DNA of 64,000 nt, from NCBI RefSeq assembly GCF_018977255.1, contig NW_024704742.1, positions 47,990,001-48,054,000 on the forward strand, in the 5' to 3' direction. Under the pieces are notes generated by a model. It saw nothing but the letters and a program-made list of their open reading frames with translations, did not search any database and was not told where the DNA came from. The position numbers and the translations under genes are program-made. The DNA comes from Callorhinchus milii (lineage: Eukaryota). Within the stretch, counting starts at the first letter, position 1, and every line of letters starts with the position of its first letter. Below, in pieces: positions 40,371 to 55,443 of the stretch.

Positions 40371-41629
40371 GACTGCGACGATCTCGTAATCGATCTATAC
40401 TGCAATAACAAGCCTGGCAAGGACTTGGGTGATGCGGTTTGGTTTGTGTGAGGGCAGGTATCTGCTATTTATAACTACTAGAAAGTAGTTCAACCAGTTT
40501 ATCGTCCAGGTTGGCTATATCAACCAGTTTCAAATGCTTCACATTTCTGGTAAATTGTGTGTCAGCTTGGCTCAGTTGGTAGAATTCGCATCTCTTGAAT
40601 CAAAAAGATGTGGATTCCAACTTTTAAGTTTACAGTCTAGGCTGACACACCAATGCAGTGTTGAGGGAGTGCTGTATTATCAGAGGTGTCATCCTTCAGA
40701 TAAGTTGAATTATATTCCAAGTAAGACTCTATTTCAGATCTGTTTGTAAGCTAAGTTGCTTATTTTGCTGAAATATTACTACTTTCCATAGCAACGGAAT
40801 TACTTCTTTGATAATTAAACCAGAACTCTAGCTTTAAAAAAGTGAACTGATTTTCAAGGTTACCGGCTGCATTTGCACTTCAAAACACCAAGCTAGTGTG
40901 CGGGGAGCCAAATTGGCAGGCATCCAGGTCACCAGGTTGCTGCCAGTGGCAATCTCACGTCCTGGAAGTCAGCCATTTTAGGTTTCTAATGCTAAAAAAT
41001 GCAGACTCACTGTGTCAGGTTGCTCCTGATGTCACTTCCTAAATACTATGGCAAGAAGTTAAGTGCTTCGAGCAGCATGTACCCTCTCTAGACTATCACC
41101 CCTTTACCATCTTGTAGTTCCAGAAATGTGGAAGGAATTTGAATGATAAGACTCTCAAAACAGCATCTCGCTCCCGTACCATTGAAACGTAATCTTCCTC
41201 TGACCAAGTTATAATACGTTTCATGTGTATGTTATTCTCAACTATCCTGCTATGCTTATTTTTTTTTTAGTCAGACAGGACGTGGAAATGTGGAAACCCA
41301 TCACCATGCTTAAGAATATCCAAACCAGACTATTCTCCTCAGCGCAGGGCAATGACAAGACAGTGCTGCCAATAAAGATCTCAACCATTGCGGAATTTAA
41401 AAATAGTTTTTTTTAACTGTGCATTCTAGATGCACATGAAAATTTCCATGTTTGGAACCAAATGCACTCTCTCTCCCCGGAGGGCTGTATTCAACTTACC
41501 TAATTATGGAGAGTGTTAGGCAATAGGTTGGCAAGACCAAGGCTTGGGGATCCAGGATGTGTGTGATTCAGAGAGAAGAGGAAAGGGAGAAGGCACTACA
41601 AGAGATCTCATGCTTTCCAACAGAGATCT

Positions 41630-41812
41630 CTTGACAGCAACTGGGAGCAAGACCCCTGGCTGATTTTCACTTTCCTAAGCCAATGCTGAGCCCGGTTGTA
41701 GCTCTCCTATTGTCACTCAGGCTGAGATCAGCTAAATCAACACAAAATGGTGATCAAACTTGGGACATTCACAAACCGTGTGGCTCAGCTGATCATTGAG
41801 CCATCAGAGGCG
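41630..41812 (-). mobile_element. Ancient SINE (AmnSINE2-like); second copy ~505-765(+)
   Basis: TTAGCTGATCTCAGCC and AAAATCAGCCAGGGG motifs; family name from memory. Confidence 0.5.
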
Positions 41813-41867
41813 CTGAGTTATTCTTACTATTCATAGCTGTTGTTATTATTATTATTATTATTGGCGC

Positions 41868-42310
41868 CATTGGCTCCCTATCCTTCAGAGGATCCAGTTT
41901 AAGATCCTGGTCTTCACCTACAAAGCCCTCCATGGCCTCGCCCCACCCTACCTCTGCGACCGCCTAACTCCCTACCAACCAGCCCGCTCCCTCCACTCAG
42001 CCGGCTCCACCTGCTCCATGTCCCCTGACCCACCCGCCCCACCATTGGCGGGAAAGCCTTCAGCCACTCTGCCCCCTCTGGAATTCCATCCCCCAATCAC
42101 TCTACCTCGCCCCCTCCTTAGTCTTCTTCAAGTCCCGCCTCAAGACCCTCCTCTTCGACCATACCATTGGCCACCCCCCCTTCCCTCCCTTCTCCCTCCC
42201 TGACCCCAGTGCGGGTCTGAAATACTCTACACTGTCCAGCGCCTTGGGACGTCTTCCCGACGTGAAAGGCACTATACAAATGTAATCTTGTTGTATTATT
42301 ATTATTATTC
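41868..42310 (+). mobile_element. L2 LINE 3' fragment
   Basis: Similar to the 51664 copy; stem-loop tail. Confidence 0.88.
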
Positions 42311-45300
42311 ATTCTCAGGTCAAAACCTTTGATTCCCATTTTGACATTGCCTAATCCTGTGAACTGAGATTGTAACCGTTCTGATTATTCATCACCTAAC
42401 ATTACTTTTTTTAATTAAAAAAGGCCTTTTCATTGTTTTGTCCTTTTCTGTGGTGGCTTATTACAAATTAGTTTATCACTCTCTTGTTCTTTATTAAAGG
42501 CCCAATCTCAGAGACTGAACAGCTTTAAAGAATACATAGAAAGGCAGGTTCACTTTATGATCTTTTAGTACTTTCCGAGAGATTTTGTGCATGGATCAAC
42601 GTTACAACAACAATTTGCATTTATATAGCACCTTTCATGTTAAGTGGACGCTCCATGGTGCTGGACAGTTGAGGGTTTGTACCTGAGCTGGCGATTGAAT
42701 TGGGGTGGAGTTTCATCGTCTGAATTAGCAAGAAATCAGTAGACAGCAGTGAGCCATTTGGGAACCCCTAGTTTAAGGTCTTCAAATCCATCAATGAACA
42801 TACACTCATATTTGGGGCTTTTTGGTATCCACCTTAATTGGCATGCTGAGATGTAAGCAGTTGATACTCAAGCTCCGCACTTCCAACTGATGAAACTATT
42901 GCCCAATGGATAGGGATGAACTATGGGCAGGGGACAGTGGCACTGCTCTCAAACATTTCATGTTGAGCCCTGCTGTTCACCAAAAAGTTCCACTTGGGTT
43001 AAGCTTGCTCCAAGGTGAAGTCCTCGACAATCTAATATTGGAATTAAGACCATCCTTTATGGCAATCTCAGTAGTCCAGCAGTCCAGCACATCTCCCCTA
43101 CTCCAAGAAATTGCTGAAACGGGCCAGCAAGCCTGGCCCAGAGTAGCAGGGTTTCGCTCCATTCAGCTCCTATAAACCCTGCAAGCCAAAGCCATAACAA
43201 GTATGGTGTTCCTTGCGATTGGGGAAGTTTAGTAGACAGTACTCTCAATGGCAAGCTGTGGGGTTTTAGCTCATTACCCCAATGCACATTCTGGGGACCC
43301 CAAGCCTTGGCTCTTGCAACCTGCACTTAATACTGTCTGTAATTAAGGAAGCAAGATGTGTCCCTACAGGGAGAATGTGTGCATTCCATTACAGATACAG
43401 GAAAACATTTGTGCATATGTGGAACTCCAGTCTGGTTTGGAAACTCAAAGATTTTCAGATGATACATCAAACAACAGGCTGACCAATCAAAAAAATTAAA
43501 TTATTCCCATGTTACTCCACTTCCTCATCCAGAATCTAATATTCAAATGTCATGACTGATTTAAGCCAATGTGCAAACACTGGAAAGATTTTGGTGAAAG
43601 AATTTCCATAACTCAACAAGAACTGCAAGTTAAAATTACTCCACTGACAATGGCAATGGTTCTGAACTGAAAAGTTTGCATATTGCTAATTGCAAAGGCA
43701 TACCCAATTTTTTGGCAGCAGGAGTCAAAATATGTTAACAGACCGCCAAAAAATATTCAGAGCTATGTATACAGATGTAGTCAAAAATCAGATGTGAGGA
43801 GTGCTGAAGTTAGAAAGACAGCCTTAACGTTTTTTATTTAAACAATCATTTATGCCTGGTTTCTTTTGCACTTTGTGACAAACTAATAAAAATAGAGTGA
43901 GATGTATAGCAATCCACTTGCCAAGAACTGTAGTTTTATCAAAACATTAACTTGAACTCCTGCAGGGTAACTGCAAATGCAGGTGGTGTGAATCAATTTT
44001 GTCCTTCGTTCAAAAGCAGTCCCCTGCCTGGTCAGTCCAAAGTGTCCTTCTGTGTACTTGTGAAAACACAGCCTAAATAGAGGAGCACAACTGGGTGCAG
44101 GGTCCACAGATGCCTGGCTGCAATGACAACTGAGGAGTCTTCAGCCAGCACAAGCACCAACCTGCGTCAAATCAATGTGGTTCCACTCACTGGTGTCCCT
44201 TAACAGCTTTTAGGCAGACACAACAGGAGTCTCAGGGGGATTTCCAAGGGACCACTTTTTAGTATTATATAAGTATTTTACATGGAAATTGGTAAATTAG
44301 TCAGCATTTTATTCAATGTAAAATAGAAATTTCCTTCATTCTCAACTATCAAATGATAGGTTAGCAGCTTTAGCATCCACAGTTATTTCTAAAGGACTTA
44401 AATCTCAATTCCTATAGTCAGTTTTGAAACCTGAAGGATGCTTCTAAACATGTACAGAATATGAAGATTATAAACAATGCAGGAGCACATTGTTAACATG
44501 CAAAGTTCAAACTGAAGACTATGTACATCAAAAATAATTTCAGAAACAATGACAATGATCTGAAATTGATTGCTGATGATGTTACCCTGGAGGCTTCCTT
44601 CATTCCAGTAGTACAATCTGTGGTCGATAAAAACAAAAACATAGGCCTAATTATCCTCACTAACTGCTGAGCTCACCACATTTCTTTTCCTCTACTATTT
44701 TCAGTTTCTATTGCCTGACCATTACGTGTATATTTCAAATGTCTTAAAATATAAGCTCCGCAAAACGTAGCTCTGGTAATATTGAGTTACACAGGAAGCC
44801 TTCGATTTGATGCTTGATTTTTGTTAGGTGAGAAGCCAAAGGCTTCAGAAACAGGGAGGAAGAACCATTGACTCGGGCCACTGGATCACTACACAGAAAC
44901 CCTTTCCAGGAGCATATCCGGATCGTGGATGAGAAAGATTCAACTCGAGGACAGTATCCAAATAGTATGCTGAAACTCACTGTTTCAGGTTCTTGGGTAT
45001 GAAGAATAACAGGCTACGTCAGGCAATGGAAAGTTGCTGCTGCCACCTACAGAACAGTACCTGAGCGTGGGAAAGGGAGAGCGGGATGTCACAGAAGCAC
45101 AAAACTCCTGTCTGCATTGTCACTTCTTAAGAGTAAAACGGCTTTCTGTTGACAGTACAAATACAAATGGTGGAAATCCCCTTTGATCAAGAGAAAGTAC
45201 TCTTATGTATAGAAACACCTACCCCTTCAAACTGAAATACTCACATTTACACAAAATCACAAGTTCGACTGAAGAAGGCCCTTTAGCTCATCTGATATAA

Positions 45301-45702
45301 CCCTTCCAAAATACCTATATCATCCTTCTATCATAGCACCAAACAATTTATTAAAAAATGAGTCCAGTGTCATAGTCTCAGCCACTTTTCCTGGCAATCT
45401 GTTCCAATAGTTAATTAGCCATTGGGTAAAGAAATAATTCTGTCCTGAAATTTAACTTGGTAACTCTTATTCTACTATTTTGGTGCATCCTAAAGTATAG
45501 TTTACTTTCTAAATTCTATTTAAAATGTTATAAACCTCTATCAGATCCTCTATGAGATACCTTCTCTCAAGACTAAACCTTAGCTTGCCTAGTTGTTGCT
45601 TACAGCTCATTCCTCTCAACACTGAGTATCATCATTAATGATCTCCTTTACACTGCCTCGAAGGGCTGGCATTACACTTATTCTTTGGTGACCAGAATTG
45701 TC

Positions 45703-45840
45703 TCTACCCCCTCCTCGCTCCCTCCCTCCCCTCCCCCTGACCATTTCCCCCCTGCTCAAATCCCGACCCAATTGTCCAGCGCCTTGGGACGTCCTCCCGA
45801 CGTGAAAGGCACTCTATAAATGAAATCTTGTTGTTGTTGT
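45703..45840 (+). mobile_element. L2 3' tail inserted in a minus-strand CR1 fragment (~45260-45880)
   Basis: Stem-loop + (TTG)n; CR1-like sequence on both sides. Confidence 0.8.
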
Positions 45841-47599
45841 TTGCATTACTCTAGATTCGGCCTGACCATAGAATCAGGTGGATACTGATGGACTGATTCT
45901 ATTTGTTGGCAAGCCCCAAACAAAAGGGCATCAATATAAGATAGCTAGGAATAGATCTAAAAATGAGATTAATAGGACTATATTCACGCAGGAATGGGTG
46001 ACAATGTGAGATTCATTGCAAGGGCTGTGGTTGAAGCAAACAAACATCATTACACGTAAAAGAAAACTTGATGCGTACATGAGGGAGAAGGGAAGAGATG
46101 GGTATAGGAAGAGGGGAATAGGAGGTTCGTGTGAAGTACAAACAACAGCACAGATTAGTTGGAGCACATGAGCTGTTTCTGTTCCCTGTCCCTCTATGTA
46201 ATAGACCATTTCATGTGACCAGACTATTTCATATGATGTGGAAAAATATGCATTTTGCATGTGAGAATTGAGGAATGTCTTACTTTTTTGTTCTAAACAT
46301 TTTTTCTACACTATATAATAATTTCATTTGCTGTAGCACCTTTCATATCAGAATGATGTCTGAAAGCCCTTCACAGGATTTACTAATTGGGAAACTCACT
46401 GTTGGAATTTCTAAAACACCACAGAAACAGAAAAGGCCAAAAACAGGGAAGGTGCATTTCATGTTTCCATCCATATGTAGTATGGACAATCTTTCACAAA
46501 AGTTTTTAATAGAACTTTAGTTTACAAAATACCACTCACGAGGAACAGATCTGCTCTTATTAGTATGGACAAAACAATACAGCTTGCTGTGGCAATACAA
46601 CTGCAGTAAAAAAAACAATCTGGCAAAGTATTTAAGATAAGCCCTCATTAAAGTCCTGGCGCTCCATTTAAAGGAGAGAAGAATTGTAACTAACAGCTTC
46701 ATTGAATCCAATCACCAGAAGAACCCTGGATATTTTGACCCATGTTCTCAACATTAAGTTTAGGTCCAATTACAGAAGTTACAATAATGAACATGTTTAA
46801 AATAAATCAGATTCCTTTTTATTAGGTTTGTTTTTATCTTTTTCCAGAGTAAGTACATTGCTTTGAACATGTACTCCTTTCAGACTTTATTCCTGCTTTT
46901 AGAAAATATTTTAATCCAATCTCTTTTGCTATTGCTGATGACCTGCTCCTGGAGTTGAATCGTCCAACTTTCTGAATCTCCCTCTGCTCCTGGGATCCTA
47001 GCTGCTGTACCCATATTTTTGCTTTGATAACTAAATTAATAGCAACTTGTATTTTTATTCTTAAAAATGATTTCAACTCCATGTTAAATACAGCTTCTGC
47101 TATTTTAATATTAACATGGTCCTTTTATCCTAGTGGATTCATTCTGTTCCAGCACCTACTCCATCCCTGGATCTCTGGATTGAAGATTAAAAACATACAG
47201 ATAACCCAACTCTNAAAAAAAAAGTCTGCTGAGACTTTCTTGAGGCATCACTAGTGTGACTGTCAGTGGCAAAGTTTGCTTTATTTACAGCAATCCTTGA
47301 AGTAAGCAGAGAAGAAACTTTCACCAAGGACATTGCTGTGCGCAAATTCGCTGTCGTGTTTGCCTAAAATACCTCGTCACTACACAAAACTCTGTGAAGC
47401 ACTTTGAGATGTCTTCCCAATGTGAATAATTGAATGCAAGAATTATTATTTTTTATTATTATCTGATTCTGACCCAGGTACCAAGTATAAAAAATAGCAT
47501 GCAACCTCAGGATGATCCAATCTTCCTTTTGCTTGGTCTTCAAAACAAACAATTTATTATACTACTGCTCATTTCCCTGATTTCACTTTGCATTAAACA

Positions 47600-48165
47600 G
47601 CTTGCATTTATATAGTGCCCTTCATGCGGGACAGTGTATTAAAGCGCTTAACGTGGTGGAGCCGAAGGCTGAGCAGGAGGGATGGGAGCAGGTGATCTTT
47701 AGCAAGGTTGAAGATCAAGGTATTCAGTTGTGAAGGAAGAAACCTTGGAAAAGGAGGGGGCAAGGTCGAGGGATGGGAGAGTTCCAAAGCTTCGGGGCGT
47801 AATGGCTGAAAGCAAGGCCATCGATGTTGAGAGGAGGGACGGGCAGGAGTTCAGAACCGGCCGAGTGGAAGCAGCAGGTAGCGGAGTGGGGAGAAAGCAG
47901 GTTGGAAAGGTAAGGAGTGAAGCGATTTGTAGACGGATGTAAGCATCTTGAGAATAACCCGTTTTGTGATAGGGAGCTAGTGGAGCCTGGCGAGGACTGA
48001 TGTGATGGGGGTATGGAGTTTAGTGTGGATGAGTATACGGGCAGTGGAGTTCTGAATCGACTGTAGTTTGTGGAGTGAAGCTGGGGAGACTGGAGAGACG
48101 GGCATTGGAATAATCGAGGCGGGAGGCAACGGAAGGAGTGGACTAGAGTTTTGGCTGTGTTAATC
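47600..48165 (-). mobile_element. L2 LINE 3' fragment
   Basis: KTLVHSF, PYLSNLL, AFSHYAPKLWN. Confidence 0.82.
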
Positions 48166-51100
48166 CACATTAAGCAAGTGTTTGGCTTGTTACAGATTGT
48201 CTCGCTTCAGTTTGTCACCTGCAATCTTAGCCTGGGTTTACTGCTGTAAACAATCATGGCCATGTCACTGACTCCCGAGACACTATGTTGGTGGTCAACA
48301 CTCTTGTCTGAAGTTTCCGCACACCATGGAAATAATCCATCATTAGAATGGCAGCTTAAATTAGAACAAGTGCCAAATTACTTTTTCAGGCTATAAAATA
48401 TAGTTGTCTGTGAGCAACAGAAGTGTCTTCTGGTGTGCAATAACATTCTGTTATCTACTTGACAACAGTTTATTATAGTTTTCTACAGTATTTAGCTGCA
48501 ATCAATTTGGGCTATGCATTATACAGAAGTGAATTTTGGTGTGAAAATCACGTCAGATGCCTAATTTTTGACAATTTAATTAGCGATGTGATTTAAACTA
48601 ATATTATTGCAAAGGGTAAATCAATCCACAACTGCTTGGGGGACAATTGGCTGCCATGTTTCGCCCAGAAAATATACAGTTAATTCACTTTACAGTACAT
48701 TCTCTGCAGCGCTTTGAGACATCTCAAAGACGCGATACTGCACTACATCAAATGCGAGGATTATTATTATTCAAATATAGAAGCAGATGGTATTTTTGGG
48801 CCATTATCACAGGATTTTATGCTGTTACTCGGGAGTCTACGATGCCATACTGAAGCTCTTTGAGGAGTCCTCCAGACGAGAATGGCATTATACCAAATGT
48901 AAGGATAGTTATTAACTGCCACCACTTAAGTAAAAAATGTTGAATCCATGTATGTTGTTCTCTGAAGTAGTTCATCAAGTGCTCCCTTTGCACTGAAATT
49001 ATCACTCACACTACCTGCACCTGTGGTGCTCTCATGTTGATTGCGACACTGCCATCAAGCTAATACTTTTTTAAAAATATACAAGAACAACTTTAAAAGT
49101 TTTATGGTTTAATTGTTCGTTTTCTGAAACAAACATCGAGCAGTCGACTATAATGTCCAAAATCTAACCTCAGGTTGCCAGTAAAACGCCACAAAAGTCT
49201 CACCTCAGTCTTGTGTCACTTGCTCGTGCTGATTTCACCATACAACACACATGCATCAAATGGCAATTAGAATCGTGACACAAATCCCCCAAGAAATTCA
49301 TGGCTTGCTCCTCCCTGCAAAGATCAATCTACATACACACAGGCAGCACATGAGCAGATTTTATTTAAAACCAAAACGTGGAACATGTACTGACTGGAAT
49401 GGCCAACCCCTATATAAATAGGGCATTGTCGTTAAATCAATTTGATGATTTTAATACTGATTCTCAATTAAACCACAACAAAGAGTTAGTAAATGGCAGC
49501 AAAAATATGGAACAAAAGAGAAGTGGAAAGAAAATATACTAATATAAGTTAAAACAGGAACTGGTAGCCTAATCCAAGAGAGGCATACAGGAACGGTACA
49601 CAATTTACCTAAAATAGGTAAACACAAAACATAATGGTAAAATTAAGACTAAGGTTGGTCACTCTTAATGTTTTGTACACACTCGATCATATACAGAGTT
49701 GAACCTAAAATAATGCCACCCTTATCAGAGGATTTCTATACATAGATAAGCATAACCAAGTTGTAAATCTGTATCACTGGCCAGATAGAATTAATTCAAC
49801 AAATCAAACAAAATATTGAAAGAACATATATGTAGAGGTGAATGTACTTATCAAGTAAGGCATATCTACATAAAACAGCAGATTGGCCCTATGATCTGAA
49901 AATATTTGCATTTTTCCTTCACCCTGAAAATAACTTTCCATAAATTTCTCAGGACCATAAGTATCAAATGTAGAACAATAAAAAACTATTTCACAGTATC
50001 TTATGGAATATAACTTTTTTAATTGGCTTGGCTTCAGGTTCCACCACTGTCAAGCACTCTGTGACGCTATATAAATGCAAGCTGTTGTTGTGTTGCCGTC
50101 CTCCGCAAATTAACTATCTTTATGATCAGCATCAAGAAAGAATGAATGAGATAACATTTCCTGCCTGGATTAGATTTTTGTCCAAACTTCTGCTTAGATC
50201 ATTACCATCAAATCCAAAGTAATGGAAGCACTTGGGACAGGCAGGCCAGCCAGTACGACACTATGTAGAAGTGGCTACCAAATGCACTAGATTTTACAGG
50301 GATTCTACTTATTCACATATTACTTGCATGTATCAATAACTTGTAACTCGGTAATATTAGTTGCTGAATGCGGTCTGAATCCATTTTCCGGCTCTCAATC
50401 AAAGAGCCACGCTCCTAACAAAAAACAAGACTAAATGTTGTTTGCTGTTATTAAGCAGCATAGATGTCGATCAGGTTTTTTTTTAAACCCCAGAGACTGG
50501 ACAGGCAAATTGTAGTTGTAAAGCAACTTAACCCCACAAACTGTTGAAAGTAAAAATGATCGCAGTTTCCCATGGCATCAAGAATGTGGAACTCAATACG
50601 ATCCACTCTGTTAAAGTTCAAGAATAGCACTGCCTAACTTACTTTTGCTAAATTTTTTAAACTGAGAGGTACACTACTCTACAGGCGTCAGTCACTAATC
50701 TAGATTTTAAAAAATTGTAGTTTTCTTTCAGTATCCATCACATATTACTTATTCCAAGTGGAACTGGTTAGCTGATGGTTATGGATGTTTCAAGAATATA
50801 CTTAAAAAAATCAGTGTATTTAAATTCTTAAATTACATTGTAATACATAACATCATAAGATGTTTATACTCGACAATAGATATTTATCTGGCATAAATAA
50901 ATATGTTTTCCCTCACAAAGCATTCCACCACCTCCTCTTTTCAACGCAATTCTTACAAAATAAGGCCCATCTTCCACTGGTTACTACTGCATTTCTTCTG
51001 AGATTCTCAATTATAATATTTATTTTGACAGAGCTGCAGATATTAATTAAGATTAAACAATGCATGTTATTGCCATTGGACAATAAAAAATACTTGCGTA

Positions 51101-51239
51101 ATTCTTTTTCAACAGACCATTTCACTTTGTAAATCTCAAAAGAATCGTGAACATTTTAAGTTGCCAAAATGATATGAATAAATCATACAGAACAAGGACT
51201 TGTGTAGAATACTGGCTGAGTCCTTAACAGTGGCTGGAT

Positions 51240-52270
51240 TGGGCACCTAGCAAGGGAGAAAGGGCAGGTAACTTATAGGTGTAGGCAAGGGGGTAGGATT
51301 TAACGAAAGACAAAGAGGGGCAAAGTGGAGGTTGGAGGCAAGGAGCTCTAGAAGTGGCGGGATGGAGGCAAAGAATTCCAGAGGTCTGATGGTGCTGCAG
51401 AGGAAATGAGGGACACACAGCAGACCAAACAGGGGAGTACGAAAGCAACATACTGGGGTGTGAAGGGATTTATACATGAGGGTGGGGACACTGAAGTTGA
51501 TATAGGTGACAGGGAGTTAGCGATGCCTGGAGAGGATTGGGGTGATGGTGTGCAGAGTCAGGTATGGGTGAGAATGCAGGTGGCAGAGATCTTGTGATGG
51601 AACTGGGGTACCAGCAAAGAGTGCATTAGAAACGTGAAGACAGAAAGTAACAAAAGTACAGATAACAACAATAAGATTACATTTGTATAGCGCTTTTCAC
51701 GTTGAAAGGACGTCCCAAGGCACTGGACAGTATATAACATTTCAGACCCGAGCTGGGATCAGGGGGGGGAGATGGGAGGGGAGGGGAAGGGGGGGTGGCC
51801 GATAGCATGGTCGAAGAGGAGGGTCTTGAAGAGGGACTTGAAGGAGGCTGAGGAGGGGGTGAGGCAGAGTGATTGGGGGATGGAATTCCAGAGGTTGGGG
51901 GCAGAGTGGCTGAAAGCTCTCCCGCCAATGGTGGGGCGGGTGGGTCAGGGGATGTGGAGAAGGCCGGAGCCGGCTGAGCGGAGGGAGCGTGCGGGTTGGT
52001 AGGGTGTTAGGAGGTTGCAGAGGAAGGGTGGGGCGAGGCTGTGGAGGGCTTTGTAGGTGAGACCAGGATCTTGAACTGGATCTTCTGAAGGATAGGGAGC
52101 CAATGGAGTCGGGCGAGAGTGGGGGAGATGGGGTCACGGAGTTAGGTGCGGGAGAGGACACGGGCTGCAGAGATCTGGATTATCTGCAGCCTGTGGAGGG
52201 CATTAGGTAGCATTTTCTGTGAGATCGAGGAAGTGGCAGGCAATGTGGAGAATTGAAGGAAGGCTGTCTT
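51240..52270 (-). mobile_element. Two adjacent L2 3' fragments (old ~51240-51600; young 51664-52270)
   Basis: LHRLQIIQ, RT C-terminal similarity, stem-loop tail at 51680-51730. Confidence 0.85.
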
Positions 52271-53009
52271 AGTTAAGGGACAAATGCGAGTCAAAAGAGC
52301 TGAAGAAAACACCCAATTTTCAAAACATTTCTGAAACATTGCACTTCTCGCACTCCTTTAAATAAAAAACATTACATTTATGATGTTTAAAATGCATACT
52401 GATGTTTCTAACTAATGGACCCAAACTCCAAAACTAAATATGACGAGAGCTTTTATGATTCTTTAATTGCTAAGCATCAGAGAACTAAAGTTAACTAAAT
52501 TGTTTGTGACATTCCCCAAGCTGCTTGGGTTTTCAGAATCCACACCCTGAAAATAGATTAGCAATTTCCTCAATCATTCTGCAGACCACCAAAAAAAAAA
52601 TCAATGGAATCGCCAACAATCGGGGCAGGAGAAAGAGAATGGGTAACCAATTAAAAGATTTGCCAATTGTAAAAGCTCTAAATTAGACACAGCCTTCACG
52701 GGACACTGCCAGTAGGGGGTCTGTGGTCATTAGACATTTAACTGTCACTGGACTCTGCGGTCATTCAATAAGACCACAGTTAACTGAAACACGCCATCAT
52801 ATATTTTGAGGGACCCAAACTCTTCGCTCAAACTCTATTTTTTCCATCTCTATTATTGATATACACTGCTGGAGTCACTCAGCTCTGTGCTGCCTTCTTC
52901 AGCCAACAGCAAAGAGGGTCCCGGGTCACAAACTTCTCAACTTTTTCAAGACCAACTTTTTCAAAATACAAGACCAAGGGTTGCGTGCTGTTTGAATACC
53001 TATAATAAA

Positions 53010-53266
53010 ATAATAATAATCCTTGCATTTGATACAGCGCTTTTTACATCGTCTGGACGTCTAAAAGCGCTTCACAGAATATATTGTAAAGTGAATTGGC
53101 TTATATTTATGGGCGAAACGCAGGAGCCAATTGCGCACAGCAGTGTCCCACAAACAGTCGTGGATTGAAGTGACCAATTTATTAGTTTTTTTTCTTTTAT
53201 CATTAGGCACGTGGAGTAAGGAAACTTGCCAAGGTTTTGCCCTTCCGGGAAGCGAACCCAAGTCTC
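53010..53266 (-). mobile_element. SINE, same family
   Basis: Shared body and tail. Confidence 0.85.
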
Positions 53267-54519
53267 TGAGCGACAGAACTACCTGTTATTTAGTTACAAT
53301 AAAACAATGTTTTAACTATTTTATATACTAAAGGCGGGTTTTAAGTACAAAACAGAACATTTCACGGAGTTCTAGACAGACACTGAGATAATGTATTTAT
53401 TGACCGGGGTACTGCTGATGACAGCCCAGCTACCATGGCTCATTGGAAGGCCTTCGAAGGGCACGAGAGTCAAACGTGGGCTGGGATTCTTCACACCCAG
53501 CTCCTGTTAACCTGCAAGCCAAAGCCCTAATGGATAGGGTAGTCCTAGCTGGACAAGCAGCAGGAAAGCCTGCCAGACAATGCTATCAATAGCAAGCTAT
53601 GCAGTTTTAGCTGGTTAAGACTCCAGTGGTACCCCAACACAAACACTGATACCCCCCAACCTTGACTCTTGCTAACTTGCACCTCATACTCTCTGGAATT
53701 AGGTTCGCAGGATGTGTTCCTCCAGAGAGAGAGGGGAAATTCCATTCCAATAAATATCTCAGGAATTTCCATGTATTGGTGGGATGCATGAAACTATTCC
53801 GTTTGGATACTCTTAAGCATGGTGATTGGTGACACCCGGCTGACCAAAAAATTCATAAAATTACATTTAAAGGAACTTCCTGAAAGCAGATTAATTTCAA
53901 CAATGCTTATTATCTGTAATGTAAATGCCGTCTGAAATAAAGAAAGCTTCACTGGACTGATGTGACAAATTAGATGTAGCAAAATGAATATCCCAAAGAA
54001 CGACAGGAACCTTCTGATATCACATCCTCTAAGGGGAATACAGAAAGCATCCTACCAAGTGCAGTATCAATGCCATTACATTTCAGTTCCTTTCGAGGTC
54101 GTTTTAAGTGGGAAATGGAACAAAATTCAAATCCAAAATAGACTGCCAACCACCCCAAAGGGAGCGATGTGCCACTTCACTCCCACTCCCACCCACCACG
54201 AACCTGTGGAGGGAGGAACTATCTCCCCACACGGTAACAGATTGAAATTGAGCAAAGATCACAGTTTCAAAAGGTCACCTCGCTTCATTAGCCAATCTTT
54301 CCCCCCCCACCCCCTTACCAACTATTTTAACTATTCTGTATCAGGTGCACAGCAAAGGTGGGGGGGGGGGGGGAAACAACAACAACAACGTGTGAGACGA
54401 GCTGTCAACCGTACAGTGTGGAGCAGACACTACGCATTTAAAACGCTCGACAAGAACCGGCATCGTCCAATTGCCCTCAAATCAAGATAAACCTTCAGAG
54501 CCCAAACACGGGCAGGCAA

Positions 54520-55216
54520 ACCTCACCCCCCCCCCCCACACACACACACAGACCCCCCCCCACACACCCCACCCACACACACACACATCCCCCCACACAC
54601 ACACACACCACACCCCCACACCTACCCACACCCCCCCACATCCACACCCCCCCCCACACCCTCACACATCCCCCCACACACCCCCCCACCCACACACACC
54701 CACACACAACCCCCCACACACCACCCACACAACCCCCCCCCACACACACACACACCACACCCCCACACCCCTCCACCTACCCACACCCCCCCCCACATCC
54801 ACACCCCCCACACACACCCCCACCCACACACACCCACACACAACCCCCCACACACACCCACACACACCCACACACAACCCCCCCCACACACACACACACC
54901 ACACCCCCACACCCCTCCACCTACCCACACCCCCCCCCACATCCACACCCCCCACACACACCCCCCCCACACACACACCCACACACAACCCCCCACACAC
55001 ACCCACACACACCCACACACAACCCCCCCACACACCCACACCCCCCCACACCCTCACACATCCCCCCACACACACACCCACCCACACACACCCACAAACA
55101 ACCCCCCCACACACCCACACACAACCCCCCCACACACCCACACCCCCCCGACACCCTCACACCCCCCACACCCCCCCGCATCCACCCCCACACACACACC
55201 CACCCACACACACACA
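54520..55216. repeat. Degenerate C/A-rich low-complexity tandem repeat (G/T-rich on the transcript strand)
   Basis: About 700 nt almost entirely C and A, with internally duplicated blocks (e.g. ~54741-54820 vs ~54886-54965). Confidence 0.95.
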
Positions 55217-55371
55217 GTCCCTCCAAACCGAGCGAAGTACGAGTTCGCGAAAGCACTGAAGAAAACGGTGCTTTTTTTTCCTCCCTCTCTCCCTCTCTCT
55301 CTCTCTTTTAAAAAAAAATGAACCGCAATTGCAATTGCGCGCAAAAAAAAATTAAAAATAAAATAAAATGA

Positions 55372-55402
<31 letters not shown>

Positions 55403-55443
55403 GAAGAAGAAAATATATTTCAAAAAAATCTCCAAACCCGTAC

